Source: Dicyema japonicum
Taxonomy: Eukaryota > Animalia > Dicyemida
Reading direction: 5' to 3'
Length of the DNA stretch: 64,000 nucleotides
Assembly (NCBI GenBank): GCA_011109175.1
Contig: RDEW01000041.1
Coordinates: 469,288-533,287 of the forward strand
In this document: positions 1-11,178 of the stretch, in pieces
Numbering within the stretch: the stretch's first letter is position 1
Layout: every line of letters starts with the position of its first letter
Made by a program: the position numbers and the translations under genes
Notes under the pieces: generated by a model
The model's database searches: none
The model's input: the letters and a program-made list of their open reading frames with translations, nothing else
What the model was told of the DNA's origin: nothing

Positions 1-2312
1 AGTGCCCAAAGCTCCATTGGGGATGGCGTTTAGCCAAGCTCCGCTCTCAGGGGAAGCCCCCGAAAGCAAACAAGCGCGTCGGTGCTGATTGGCAGATTCT
101 AGTAGGAGTCCAAATGATTTCCAGCATAATAAGTTGTCCAGGTTTCGCTGGCGATCTTGGGAAGGAGGCAGGGGGAGGTTGGTGGCATTCCAGGCTTCTC
201 GTGCGTGGATTATCTCTTGGTCAGTTGAGAATTCGGGTGGGGAGTGTAGAATCCTCCTGACCAAAGGTTCGCAGGCCGTGAGTGATGATAAATGAGCGGG
301 AAGTGAGACGTCCAAAGTTCGACGGATTCCAAGACCCCCGAATCTAACTGGGAGTGTAGCCTGCATCCATGTATCATCGTCGAATCGGACATTAAATATT
401 TGCTCCGTCGAGCTGAGGAGAGACAAATCAAAATTCTCGAGCAGCTCCAGTTGAGAATAATATGGAGCTGTCCTTAGTAGATAGGAGATTCTCTGGATGT
501 TGAGACTTCTTTTCAATAGGAATAGTGCTGTGTGCAAGTCCAGCAGCTGTAATCTTTCCAGCGAATCGCATAGGAGTCGTTTTTTGTCAAGGAGGACATG
601 CTTCATCGCATTACTAGTGATCGGGGATCCAAGAAAAATCAATTCATTTTCAGGGGTCGAAATCCCACCGGGAAACAAGGAGTAAAATTTTTGAACAATT
701 GAAGAGAAGTCATCGTCAGCAAGACCACAGTTTGTTATTTCACATTTCGTTATATTCAACTGAAGACCCACCTCGGACAGCGCGGGGTGAGTACTTCTAA
801 GTCCTGGAAGACCGTTTCCGGGGGACCTCCTAAGACAGCGTCATCGAGGTACCAGATGTTGAGTGGGCATCTAGAGAGCTTCGTGATCCTCTCAATGCCG
901 AGGGAGAACAGCAGTGGTCCGAGGGGGTCGCCCTGTTGAACACCTGAGGACGATGGAACTATGAAATCCCCGTGCAATAGTGATGAAGGTTTTCCGTATG
1001 AATAATTGACCAGTTCAAATATGTACGGACATCTTTCCTTGCAGGCCTCCAGAATGCAGTCTCTTCTTAAGCTGTTAAAAGCGTTCTTGATGTCCAGTTT
1101 TACCATAATGTGCCTTTTAAAGTCTTGAATGCTGCTGTTCCTGAATCTTCTGACGGAGTGAACGGCTGCCTCACATCCAAGACGAACTCCGACTCCAACT
1201 TGACTGGGAAGTAAGGATTTTGACAAGATTGACGTAGAAAATCTGGAAGCAATCTTGGCTGCTAGTCTTCTGAAAGTGAATCCGACCGCGATCGGGCGGA
1301 TTCCACCTCCCTTCTTGTCGACGGCAATCAGACTAGCCGAAAACAAGATATGACGTATCAAATCAGGCAAATGTCCAGATAATATCCTGTTCATAAGAGA
1401 AGTGAGTGAGTATGAAAGACGACTTGCTTGGTCTCCAATAGTCGGTGAAATAAGGTCTTTAAGATGGCCGGGCCTTAAGCCATCGAGACCTCCACAGCTA
1501 CTTGGTGCAAAGTTCCATAACGCCGTGATGACATCCTCAGGCGACGTGGTCAAAGGGGTCGCTTCTGATGGGGGCGAGCAATGGCGTAGGTCATTCGGAG
1601 AGGGTGGATGTTTCCCCAATAGCGTCTTGTAAGTATCAATGGTTGGATTGCGTGGTCCATCTGAGAGTGAGAGGGCCTTCAATGCGGATCGGGTTCCTCC
1701 TTCAAGCAACTTCGATCGTACGGTCTTTCTTAGGCGAAGAATCTCCGTTTCCCGAGTTGAACTCCGAGTCTCAGTTGAACGGATGCAGAAGGACGTGAGG
1801 TCCGTAAAGTGAGTTCCATCCATAAATGCGCGGATGTTGTTCTTCATCTCAATCGAGAGAGACTCCTTCCCATTGCGATCTCTAGAGGAGCCAAGAGCGA
1901 AAGGAGCAAAATTAAACAAACGTATCCAGTCGTTTATAGAGTCGGAGCGGAGTGCATCGTCGATTGCTTTGGTTAAGGCTTCGGCAGCTAGGGGGCGGGC
2001 TGCTTTAGGGATCTTCACCGGGATACTCCTCGATGACCGGCGTTCATTGATAATTTTGAGCAGCGAATCTGGATCCAAATTGGAAAGGTTTGCCCCGGAG
2101 GTACATGCACTCGCGTGACCATTAGGAAACCCCGAACCAATTCCAAGGCACGAGCGGCAGTGCCATACCCCAAGAGCACGGATAGAGGCCTGAGAGAGCT
2201 TCAAACACCCGAGGTGAAAGAAGACTCCACAGGCAGAACAAGAAATTCCAAACTTTCTCAAATTGCTCATGTTGCAGGCAGAGCAATTAGACGATGACTT
2301 TTCGAGTAACAT
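1..2312 (-). CDS. PHD-RT polyprotein of CRE-1 with one frameshift at about 784-787
   Basis: 518 codons are open. Adding one C to the C4 run (G4 at 784-787 on +) gives TPALSEVGLQLNITKCE...QATLPVRFGGLGIRR...SGASPESGAWLNAIPNGALGT, open with no stop to position 1. Confidence 0.85.
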
Positions 2313-2325
2313 TCCACTGAATCAA

Positions 2326-2461
2326 CAATAGGCGAAAATCAAGAATAGGGGAATAATCTCAATAGGCGAAAATCAAGAATAGGAGAATAGTCTCAATAGG
2401 CGAAAATAGTCAATAAGAGAAAGTCAAAAATAGGAAAATAATCACAATAGGCGAAAACAAC
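2326..2461. repeat. Eight 17-bp subunits (partly a 34-bp higher-order repeat) in the CRE-1 5' UTR
   Basis: caataggcgaaaa starts at 2326, 2360, 2394 and 2445, with aatagg-like half-units in between. Confidence 0.85.
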
Positions 2462-2492
2462 AACACACAACGACAACACGTTTTTTTTTTTT

Positions 2493-3985
2493 GAATGGTA
2501 ACAGTGATAGAAAATCTTCTTAATTGTTCCACTTTTATCATGATTATTCGAAACATGAAATTTCCAGTATGAACTTAATTGTTCCACTTTTGTCCTAATT
2601 ATAGTTCGGAGAGAGAGTTTTTGTTTAGTATTAAAATGGTTGATACAGAAAACTCAAAAGACTTCAGTCATTTTCAACCACTTGTCATTTGCGACACAAT
2701 ATGCACTCAATCTAATAATAAATCAGTCCAGTTGTCACATGAAGGAAGCCAGTCCATGTTGTACTATGAGTGCAGAGATGTAACCGCGTAAATAATTCAT
2801 AGGTATTGTTTAAAAACCAGAATGGGTGGAATGCCCATGTCAGAATCTTATTGATTATTTGAGTTCATGTTGACTTAGTCTTATTAATGAAGTTATTCTT
2901 GTTGCTTGAAGTGCTTATTGCTGTGATCACGAGGTAGTCAATGTTTTACATTTTTAGTTCAGAAGATATTATACACAATTATGGACGTTATAAAACAGTG
3001 GGAGTTATCGAATTGTGCATACAATTTAGATTTTGTCTTTTTCGTTTTTTATTCAAACATTCATGAAAAATATCAACACGCTCATTAAGGAATTTGTCGA
3101 GGATCATGAATGTCATGCATCCTCTAATTAAGAGTCAAGTCTTGGAGAATTTTGTGGTATCTTTTAGGTGACCTTGTTTTACGTACGTGCTAGATGCAAA
3201 CAGAGTAAATGCCATGTTGTTTGTTTAATTGTGAGGATTGATCTTATTCTAGACTTCTTTTTACATTTTCCTGAAAATGATATCATTTTGCAAGATTAAT
3301 TGCTATTTCCAGTTTTTTTAATATTGAAAATCTAAGAAAGTCAAGGGAAATTCGACCCCTGCTTCGGAATAGTGGTTTGGTTGCTTATATATTGTATGTC
3401 CGTGTGATTATGTTAGAGACTATGTCTATGACGATTATTGGTCGGACAAATCAGTGACTCTACGAAGACAATCAATTGGTTTCATAATTACTTTTTGAGG
3501 ATTTTAATTTTTGTCTTCAACGTCCTGGCAGACATGTGCATATTTAATATCGCGGAATTTATGGATTTCCGAAAAACGGTTGAGAAACACTGTTTTATTG
3601 AAACATTCTCAGATACATTAAGTAGGTGAGTCTCGATTATTTTTGTTAGCCTTTATTTATCTCTGATGATGAATCAGTTTTTCACTATAAAATCATATCT
3701 TCTATTTGAAAATGTTTGTTCAACAAACAACGCAGATTCATCACAGCAAAAAATATTAGGTTGGTTAAATATTCAATTTGATTGGATTCCTCAATAAATT
3801 TTGTTGAAGAGTTTTACGACGCTGATAATCTTGAATAATTTACCATGGCTCTTTTTGAATCTACTAACAATTTATTTGAAAATCTGAAAATTTCATGATC
3901 TCTTCACCAATAATGCACAAAATTTCTTTACTTGCTTTCAGCCTCAAAAAATTAGTCTGTTATTTTTGATATATAATTTTTGTGA
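2493..3985 (+). pseudogene. ZYG11/ZER1-like paralog D, copy 1 (partial, degenerate)
   Basis: Encodes ENL(S/R)KxREIRPLLRNSGLVAYILDYVYDD and NYFLRILIFVFN...KHCFIE, aligning with the ARM region of paralogs A and C. Contains 23-24-nt GT-AG introns (gtagtcaatgttttacatttttag, gtatgtccgtgtgattatgttag, gtgagtctcgattatttttgttag). Confidence 0.6.
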
Positions 3986-3989
3986 ATTT

Positions 3990-6060
3990 TCCAGATTTTT
4001 TCGAAATTTCAAAAATAACATTATCGGATTAATTAATGACGCAAAAAGTTACAAAAGTGAAAAGCAACCCAGCAAAGTCGGCCTACACAACACTTCCCGT
4101 CCTCCGGGAACTACAAATATCTACTCATTCACAGTTGAGAACAAGACACTGTGCAGAGCTATAGAATTTGAAATAGATAGAAATGGCTATAATAGCGATC
4201 AACTAAGAGCACCTAATTTTGAGAACGAAACCCAATAATGGAAACCTGACGAATTCCAACCGATTCCACTATGAGATACTCAGGCACCCTTGTTGTACTG
4301 ATGTCAGTCATGTCAAACTACAAGCTCGATAAGAATCGCCAATATATTGTATCTCCACAATGAGTCAAGATCTATGCGGATGAGTCACAGAAGCCCTGGT
4401 ATCTTCCATCTCGAATTCTACAAAAAATCTGATAAGACAACCTTTATGGAAACCGTGGACAATATCTGTCCATTGAACTGGAAAACCACAAATTCAGAGA
4501 AATAACTTCGAGGTCATCAGAAATTGTAATGAAGAACCTACCCTTTTAGGTGGAATACAGTGACCTCCTGGACTACCTTTTAGAGATAGCCCCATCCACT
4601 ACGAAGATTTGTTCAGAAGAGTGCATACGTTGCCAATGGCCAAGGCGTCAATCGGGCACAAACAGGAGGCCACATAGCAAATCCGTGAGGCTTTTTTACG
4701 GAAGAAACATGGTCACTTGAAATATGGATTCGGTAAGACCGTTGATTTGTTATGACTACCAAAAAATCGGGCACTTTGCGTACCAATGCAAAAATTGTTT
4801 CCGCTGTGCAGGAGAACACGACATCTCCGAATGCAGGCGGATCTTGCGTCGAAAACAAATGTGTCAATTGTGGATTTTCTAAAACACGGAGAAAGATATG
4901 GAAGATGCCCCGTGATAATAGAAGCTAGAAAAAAAACTTAATACTCGCAGCAATAAAACGGAACCAAGACAGAAGAAAAAGACCAAAGTTGAATGCAACA
5001 AGGAAACACCGCTGAAAATAAACACGGTCTCAAAGTCAATGAAACCGAGAGATAAGAATAAACGACCCCCGAAATAGTAGGCACGAGAATCGGTTCGGCA
5101 GACCCGAAATAACATGCCTGAAGATATCTTCAAGAAGTTAGAAGATATAATCTCAAGATTAAAAAGGTTTTGACTTTACAATGGAAAGCATCATGAGCTA
5201 ACACCCTGAAAAAGAGGCGCCCAAGACCCAATGGCGACTGACGATACTGAAAATTATGCTGAGATAGCATTACATCGGATGAGCTCAACCGTTTTTCTCA
5301 CCTTGGTGGATTCATGCTTTAGTTTTTCCTTGTATCACCGCTACTATCACCCTATGTGGAGAGACCAAGAACAATGCGGGATATTGGTAGTGACCATTTT
5401 CTACAGGAACTGGTCTTGAATTTAGTACCAGATGTCATTCACACATCAAATGAAAAGACTACAGGAATTACCTCACAAGGAACCTAAAAAAGTGGACGGA
5501 GGAACCCATTTCAACAAATGAAATCAAAAATACGAACCGCGATCTTACAAACATCATAGGGACATATTTGCAACTATATGCTAAGAAGAATTCTCGAATG
5601 CACACCGTAAGAAATTTATCCACATTTCACCTATAACCTTGGAACAGATTAAAGAAAAAAAATCGACTGAGAACTAGCTTAAGAAGATACGTTGACCGGA
5701 TGAACCACATGGCGCTACGGATCGGCTCAAATAACCAAAAGAACCATCGTATGCTGGCAGTAAGTACGGAAACCTTCCTTTTCATTTCACGAAGATAATC
5801 CTACCGAGGTTATTACATGGATGCGAGGCGTGGTACCTATCCACGAAGAAAGAAAGGATATTATCACTACTGGCGAAGTCTAAAAGATCAGCCATAAAGT
5901 TAGCCCTGGGCAGAAGACTACGCGACGTCCTGAGTACTGAAAAAGACGGAAGTCTTGCCCCAGTGAAGCAAATTGTGAAAAACAGGATTTGTAGATTCCT
6001 ACGTAAGAAAGCACATTAATTATGGAGATGGGGGACGTCAAAATACCAGGCCGCAAAGCG
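3990..6060 (+). mobile_element. Internally deleted APE-type LINE (gag ORF1 plus ORF2 remnants, RT core absent), copy L1
   Basis: Zinc-knuckle string CYDYQKIGHFAYQCKNCFRCAGEHDISEC at about 4750-4835, an APE C-terminal GSDH-like motif, post-endonuclease KWKDYR-like region, and C-terminal IILPRLLHGCEAW. This copy also lacks part of the APE. Confidence 0.75.
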
Positions 6061-6386
6061 ACTATTTAAAACCCCTATATCTAACTCCTAATCCGGGAAG
6101 TTTGTCGAGATTTATTTGTTATTGACCAGCCTCGATGGACTTTTAGATCATCTAAGAATTGTGATATTTGAAAGAGTTTGTCAAAAGAATTTTGATTGTT
6201 TATATCAATGTTAATAAGATTTTAGAAACAAATTGGTGTTTTGTTCACATCAGAAAACATTTGGATTTGAAAAAAGTCAGTCTAGCAGAAATAATGAATT
6301 AGTCCAAGTATGAAATTAATTGCCATCAAGTGAGGAAACGTATTGTTAATAATTTATTAAAAGGAAGATTAGTTAACTTGAAGACT

Positions 6387-7919
6387 TCATTCGTGACGAT
6401 TAATGTAATCCTAAAATCTTAAAAATAACAACATTGTAGTTTGTTCTAAAAATCGCAGCATAGAAATGGATCTCTTCCATATTGGAGTTTAAACATACAT
6501 TCTCAATTTTCTGAATAATGTCATGTGGAATCATCATTTCCATAAATATATTTGCTACTTTAAAAATAAAGATTAACGATAGTCGGTAGTTAAATTGGCA
6601 CATTCCCACATAACCCAAAGCCAAATACGCTCATCCGTGTTCACATTTAATAAATTTATATTTGACATCAATGACCTTCGAAATAGAAAATTAGACTACC
6701 GAGTAAAATAATGGATATTGAAATTTGCTTGATGCGGATTATCTTTTATAAATTGGTAAATATTATTTAGAATATATTCTTTTGGACTCAAATCACCGAA
6801 ATCGAAATTTACAAATGTAGGCAAAATATGATTCGGATCCCCCAATATAAAAGTCATGCAACTCCGGATAAAATATTGCCCGTCAAAAAGAGTTGATTTA
6901 AGTCAGGATTCCTTTCAATGAAACACCGATTTTACAATAAATCTTCTATTACTCCACACGTCGCCAGTAAACCTCTTGCTTTTGGATATTTAGCTAGAGT
7001 TGCCACAATTTTGATGATTCTAATGGTGATATAATGACCTGAAATTCCATCTATCTGAACTCTTTTAAAAGCATTGTGAATTTGAGGAATTCCATCCAAA
7101 TCAACAAACAAATCCACGTTTTTTTCATTTTCGTCTAAATAAATATATGTTGAATGCCTAAAAGATATCTCAACACATTGAATAAGCCAGAAGTCATGCA
7201 GTTGCATTTTTCAAGAAATTTAAAGCAATACAAGGATTATTTTTTCATTAATTTTAAACTTTGACAAGTCCGGAATAGCCTAGATAAGTCAAAAAGTTTA
7301 TGTTATATCTTTCATAATTTCACTTTCGTAGCTGTACCAAAAACACATTTTTTTAAGCATGTATGAGAATGAAGGTATCTAAAAAATTTTAAAAATTTCA
7401 AACGAAAACTAAAGTCTCCCATGGTTTTACAAACTTTAATATGCTTACACAATCAGTAATTTTCTAAAAATTTGAAATTACAGTACATTTTCATCATCAT
7501 CAAAAGGTCGGTAAGGATGAACCACGTTAAGAAAAGTATCATAAATCATGCTAAGAATAGAATCAACACATACCAACGATTAAAGTAAGAAATTTCATAG
7601 TCTTGGGTGATCTCAATAAGAATAGTCCTGGAGTAATAAAATTCGCTTACATGATATTATCTGAAATCACAAACTCTGTCTCATATAACTGGTCGAAAAA
7701 CTGAACTAATATTTTTAAATACTTTAAAAATCGACTTAATATTTTATTTCTAAATTTTTTATTTCCATTGCACATTACATAAATGACTTTATACAATTGT
7801 TTTTCATCTCCTAAATCTAAGACAGATCTGAGTAAGTTGTTTACAAGTGATTCTTTATCATTCTATAATATATCATAAAATTTACCGATTCGTTTATATC
7901 CACACTCAAATTTGTAATT
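6387..7919 (-). pseudogene. ZYG11/ZER1-like paralog A, copy 1, 3' half
   Basis: After removing 22-29-nt introns it reads LFNVLRYLLDENEKNVDLFVDLDG...ATLAKYPKARGLL...NTDERIWLWVMWECANLTTDYPNIF...DYINRHE*. It is cut at 7919 by CRE-2. Confidence 0.75.
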
Positions 7920-10617
7920 CGATTTTAACAACCAAAAAAGTAATTTATTTAATTAAGACAATAAAATCGTTCTAAAGTCCAGCGGATATGATCGAGTGGC
8001 TGTTACCTCTGACTACTGCCAGGGATATCCTTTGGAAAAGCCACTCGGTTTCCCGACGCTCCCTCGAGGCTTTGGTCAATAGACACCCAAGTGCTCTAAG
8101 GAAAGAGACCGTCTTGGGGCCAAAGACTCCGCTCGTCTCGACGACCACTGGCTGTACATGGAAACGGTTTAGGAGGCTGCTGTATTTCTTTATTTTTGAG
8201 TTTTCATATAAACGGGCGGCCTCTCCCGCTTTCATTGCCGACCTCAAAAGTTTCGACTGGGAAAAGCTGTCAGTACAGGCAGCATCCCAAATTAAGCATT
8301 TGCCCCGAGAGAAGGGGAAGACAGTAATTCCATCGGGTCGCTTCCCATCATCCCTACTCAAGCCCGTTGGCTCTAGAATGGATGGGTATCCCGCCAACTC
8401 GAGGGCGCGCTTCACCACTTCATTTATAGCCTTGTGTCTAGCGAATCGACCTGCGCTTTTTCGACAAGAAAGGGCATGATGTCCATAGCAGTCGACCTTC
8501 CGGCCGCATCGGCACTCATGGGGTTGACAAACTTTCAATCCAAGTCTGATGGAGACTCCGGTGCGGACCGTTTCATCGTCTAGGTGAGTTCCCACGTTTC
8601 CAATGGGTAGGGCATTGATCCAAGCCCGCTCCACTCGCATCTTGCAGTTAAAAGACAGGCTCGTCGTGTTGGTTAGATATTTTCAAAAGCCTCTCGTATT
8701 TATCCTCGCAAACAGACTCATAAAGGTCTCTCTGCCCGAGTTGTTTGACTTTAGGGTGTACCAAATCTTCGATCTTTGACGACTCTGATGGGAGCTGGAG
8801 AATCATCATGATCAAATTCTGATTGGAGTCCAATGAGGATTGATATGCCGGGTGTGCAAATCAGATGGTGAGAGAATTCCGAGTCCACCAAAGCGAACGG
8901 GCAAGGTTGCTTGTTCCCATCCTTGTTCGTCGAATTCGACATTAGTAATACGTTCGGTCGTAGACCGGAATAGGGAGTCAATCGCCCCGAGTTGTTGCAT
9001 TTTCAGGTAACATGGAGCCCTCGAAGGACGTAATTTAATTTCTGCGTGGATAAAGCGTTTTCATGAGAAAAAGAGAGGTATGTACATCCAGCATCCCAAG
9101 GCGTAAAAAAGTTTTTCTTAGTTGCTGTTCTTTAGCCAACAGAGTGTCGTTAATTCCAGTTTCAGCCAGAGGGCATCCAAGTATTTCCAAATGATCCGGC
9201 TCGATTTCCGATATTTTAGGAATAATCCCCCGAAACATTAATAGGATCCGATTCCATTCATATCGGGAGAATCCATAATTAACAATTTCGCATTTGGATG
9301 CGTTTAGCTTTAAACCAAGCGTATCCAATTGGTTAGTAATCTCTGTAGACAGTCATATACATTGTTAGGATGACCTCCCAGGGTGCAATCATCCAAATAC
9401 CACACGTTCAGCGGAGTAGTAAGGCATCTCATGACACGGTCGACACCGAGGCAGAACAATGCCGGTCCTAGTGGGTCTCCTTGTTGAACCCCACACGACG
9501 AGGGAATGAAGTATTTCCCATGTACAAGACTGGACGGTTTTCCATACGAACAATGAACATAATTATATAGACGGGTAATGGGTAAGACAATCTTCCAAAA
9601 TTACATCGCGCCGTATGGTATTGAAGGCGTTTTTTATGTCAATCTTGAGGACCACACAAGGCATGTTCGTTCTGTTTCCAGTAAACATCCGAACGGCATG
9701 AACCGCCGCCTCACATCCACCAGGAGTACCGACCCCTACTTGGGTTGGTCGCAGTTGTTTGACAAGCATCGGAAGGATTGCTCTGCTAGCAAGTTTAGAA
9801 GCCAGTCGACGAAAAACAAACCCAACAGCAATAGGACGAATTCCTCCTCCACATTTATCAAAGGCAATTAACTTGGCGGAAAACATAATATGACGGATTG
9901 CTTCTGGTAATCTTCCGGAAAGCATTCTGTTGATTAACCTCGTTATAGCCGATAATAGCCGAACACCAGAGTTCCCCGTATTCTGATCAATTAAGTCTTT
10001 TAGGTGTCCTGGACGGAGTCCGTCGAGTCCGCCACTGCTGCTTGGGCGAATGAGAGGATCGCATCTTTCACGTCCCCCTCAGAAATAATCAGACTAGGTA
10101 ATTCTCCAGAGCAAGTAGGGATCTGCTCGTCCACTGGCGTACCAGGATGTCGTTCAACCAGTGCATCGTAGGAGTGTTCAGTTGGCTCAATTAGACGGTT
10201 ATGCTCTTCTAGAGTCCTCACGGCGGCCCGGACTCCACCTTCAGATAGTTTGCGATGTATCGCTCTCAATCTTTGTGTTTCTGAGGCATGGTTCTCGTGG
10301 TTTGAGGGCTTGAAGGTATATTCTCGGGAGTCACTGAACAAATTTCCAGAAGAAAACAAGCAAATATTTTCCTTTACAATAGACGTGAGCGATTCCTGAT
10401 CTTTCCTCTTCTGACAGGGCATACATAGCGTGTATGGTGCAAAGTAGAATAATCGTGTCCAATCAACTTGGTCAGTCGAAGAAATTGCCCTTTCAATACA
10501 ATCGTGTAAACAGTCGGCGGCAGGAACACGGGCTGCTTTTGGAATTTTGATCATGATCCTGCGTGTAGATGCCAGGTTTGCAATTGATTCAAGGGTTTGT
10601 CTGGTAATCTTATTGGT
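7920..10617 (-). mobile_element. CRE-clade non-LTR retrotransposon, 5'-truncated and frameshifted (CRE-2)
   Basis: Consecutive ORF pieces: IKIPKAARVP, IRPIAVGFVFRRLASK, KIDIKNAFN, QQGDPLGP, QATLPVRFGGLG, then CCHC (CQPHECRCG..HHALSC) and an RLE endonuclease (RPDG..WDAACTDS..KIKKY) ending at 7972 with a short 3' UTR. Confidence 0.9.
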
Positions 10618-11178
10618 ATCATTCTCACTTCAAGAATATGATGACCCAGATTTGCTACATTCCCTATTTATGACTGGATTTAACAAAATCAAATCCCTTG
10701 AGCTTGGCGATTTAGAAAATGATAAAATAATTTTTAAAAAACAGCACAATTAAAATAATGGATAAACTTGAGCATATATACTTTATGAACGTTCAAATTA
10801 TTGACTTTGAAGAGTTTGCCGCTAAACCTAAACAGTCCAGAGTCTCTGTGGTTTTAATTTATATCAAATTCAGTGATTTTAAGCATGCAACTAATGAATA
10901 TGATGAAACAAATATTGATGCATTTAAGGTTAATTGTATTCCTCTTCTCGAAAAAACCAAAAATCTAACATTTCTCGATCTATCGAGTATAATATAGAAT
11001 GGAAAAATTAACAAAGTTATTCGATTATAATAATCATAGACACGTGGCCAAACATGGATTGAGAAAAAATAATTTGGACCTAATTACAAATTTCAGTGTG
11101 GATATAAACGAATCGGTAAATTTTATGATATATCATAGAATAATAAAGAATCACTTGTAAACAACTTACTCAGATCTG
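10618..11178 (+). pseudogene. Inverted internal fragment of paralog A (LRR-like region)
   Basis: SFSLQEYDDPDLLHSLFMTGFNKIKSLELGD...NLTFLDLS; reverse complement of about 19250-19805. Confidence 0.8.

Larger units (their letters stand above)
1..2492 (-). mobile_element. CRE-clade non-LTR retrotransposon, 5'-complete, runs off the left edge (CRE-1)
   Basis: ORF 756-2312 has a PHD finger (CSAC..CSAC..HLGC..WHCRSC) and RT motifs typical of CRE-type elements (IRPIAVGFTFRRLAAK, QVGVG..GCEAAVH, KLDIKNAFN, GVQQGDPLGP, WYLDD). The 5' UTR has tandem repeats. A T12 run at 2481-2492 marks the junction with host sequence. Confidence 0.88.

Noticed and set aside
1402-2297. Plus-strand ORFs overlapping CRE-1 (also 7988-8479 and 9578-9871 in CRE-2)
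   Set aside because: They are antisense shadows of GC-richer RT coding sequence with no recognisable motifs.
2326-2461. CRISPR-like array
   Set aside because: The units are contiguous with no unique spacers, the context is eukaryotic, and there are no cas genes.
6932-7207. ORF MQLHDFWLIQCVEIS... (four copies) as a standalone small gene
   Set aside because: Its C-terminal part is one exon of paralog A, and its N-terminal part is an out-of-frame read through the upstream exon and the GC-AG intron.
7824-11178. 97-bp inverted repeat read as DNA-transposon terminal inverted repeats
   Set aside because: Both arms are exon/intron sequence of paralog A, no target-site duplication is evident, and the enclosed element is a non-LTR retrotransposon.
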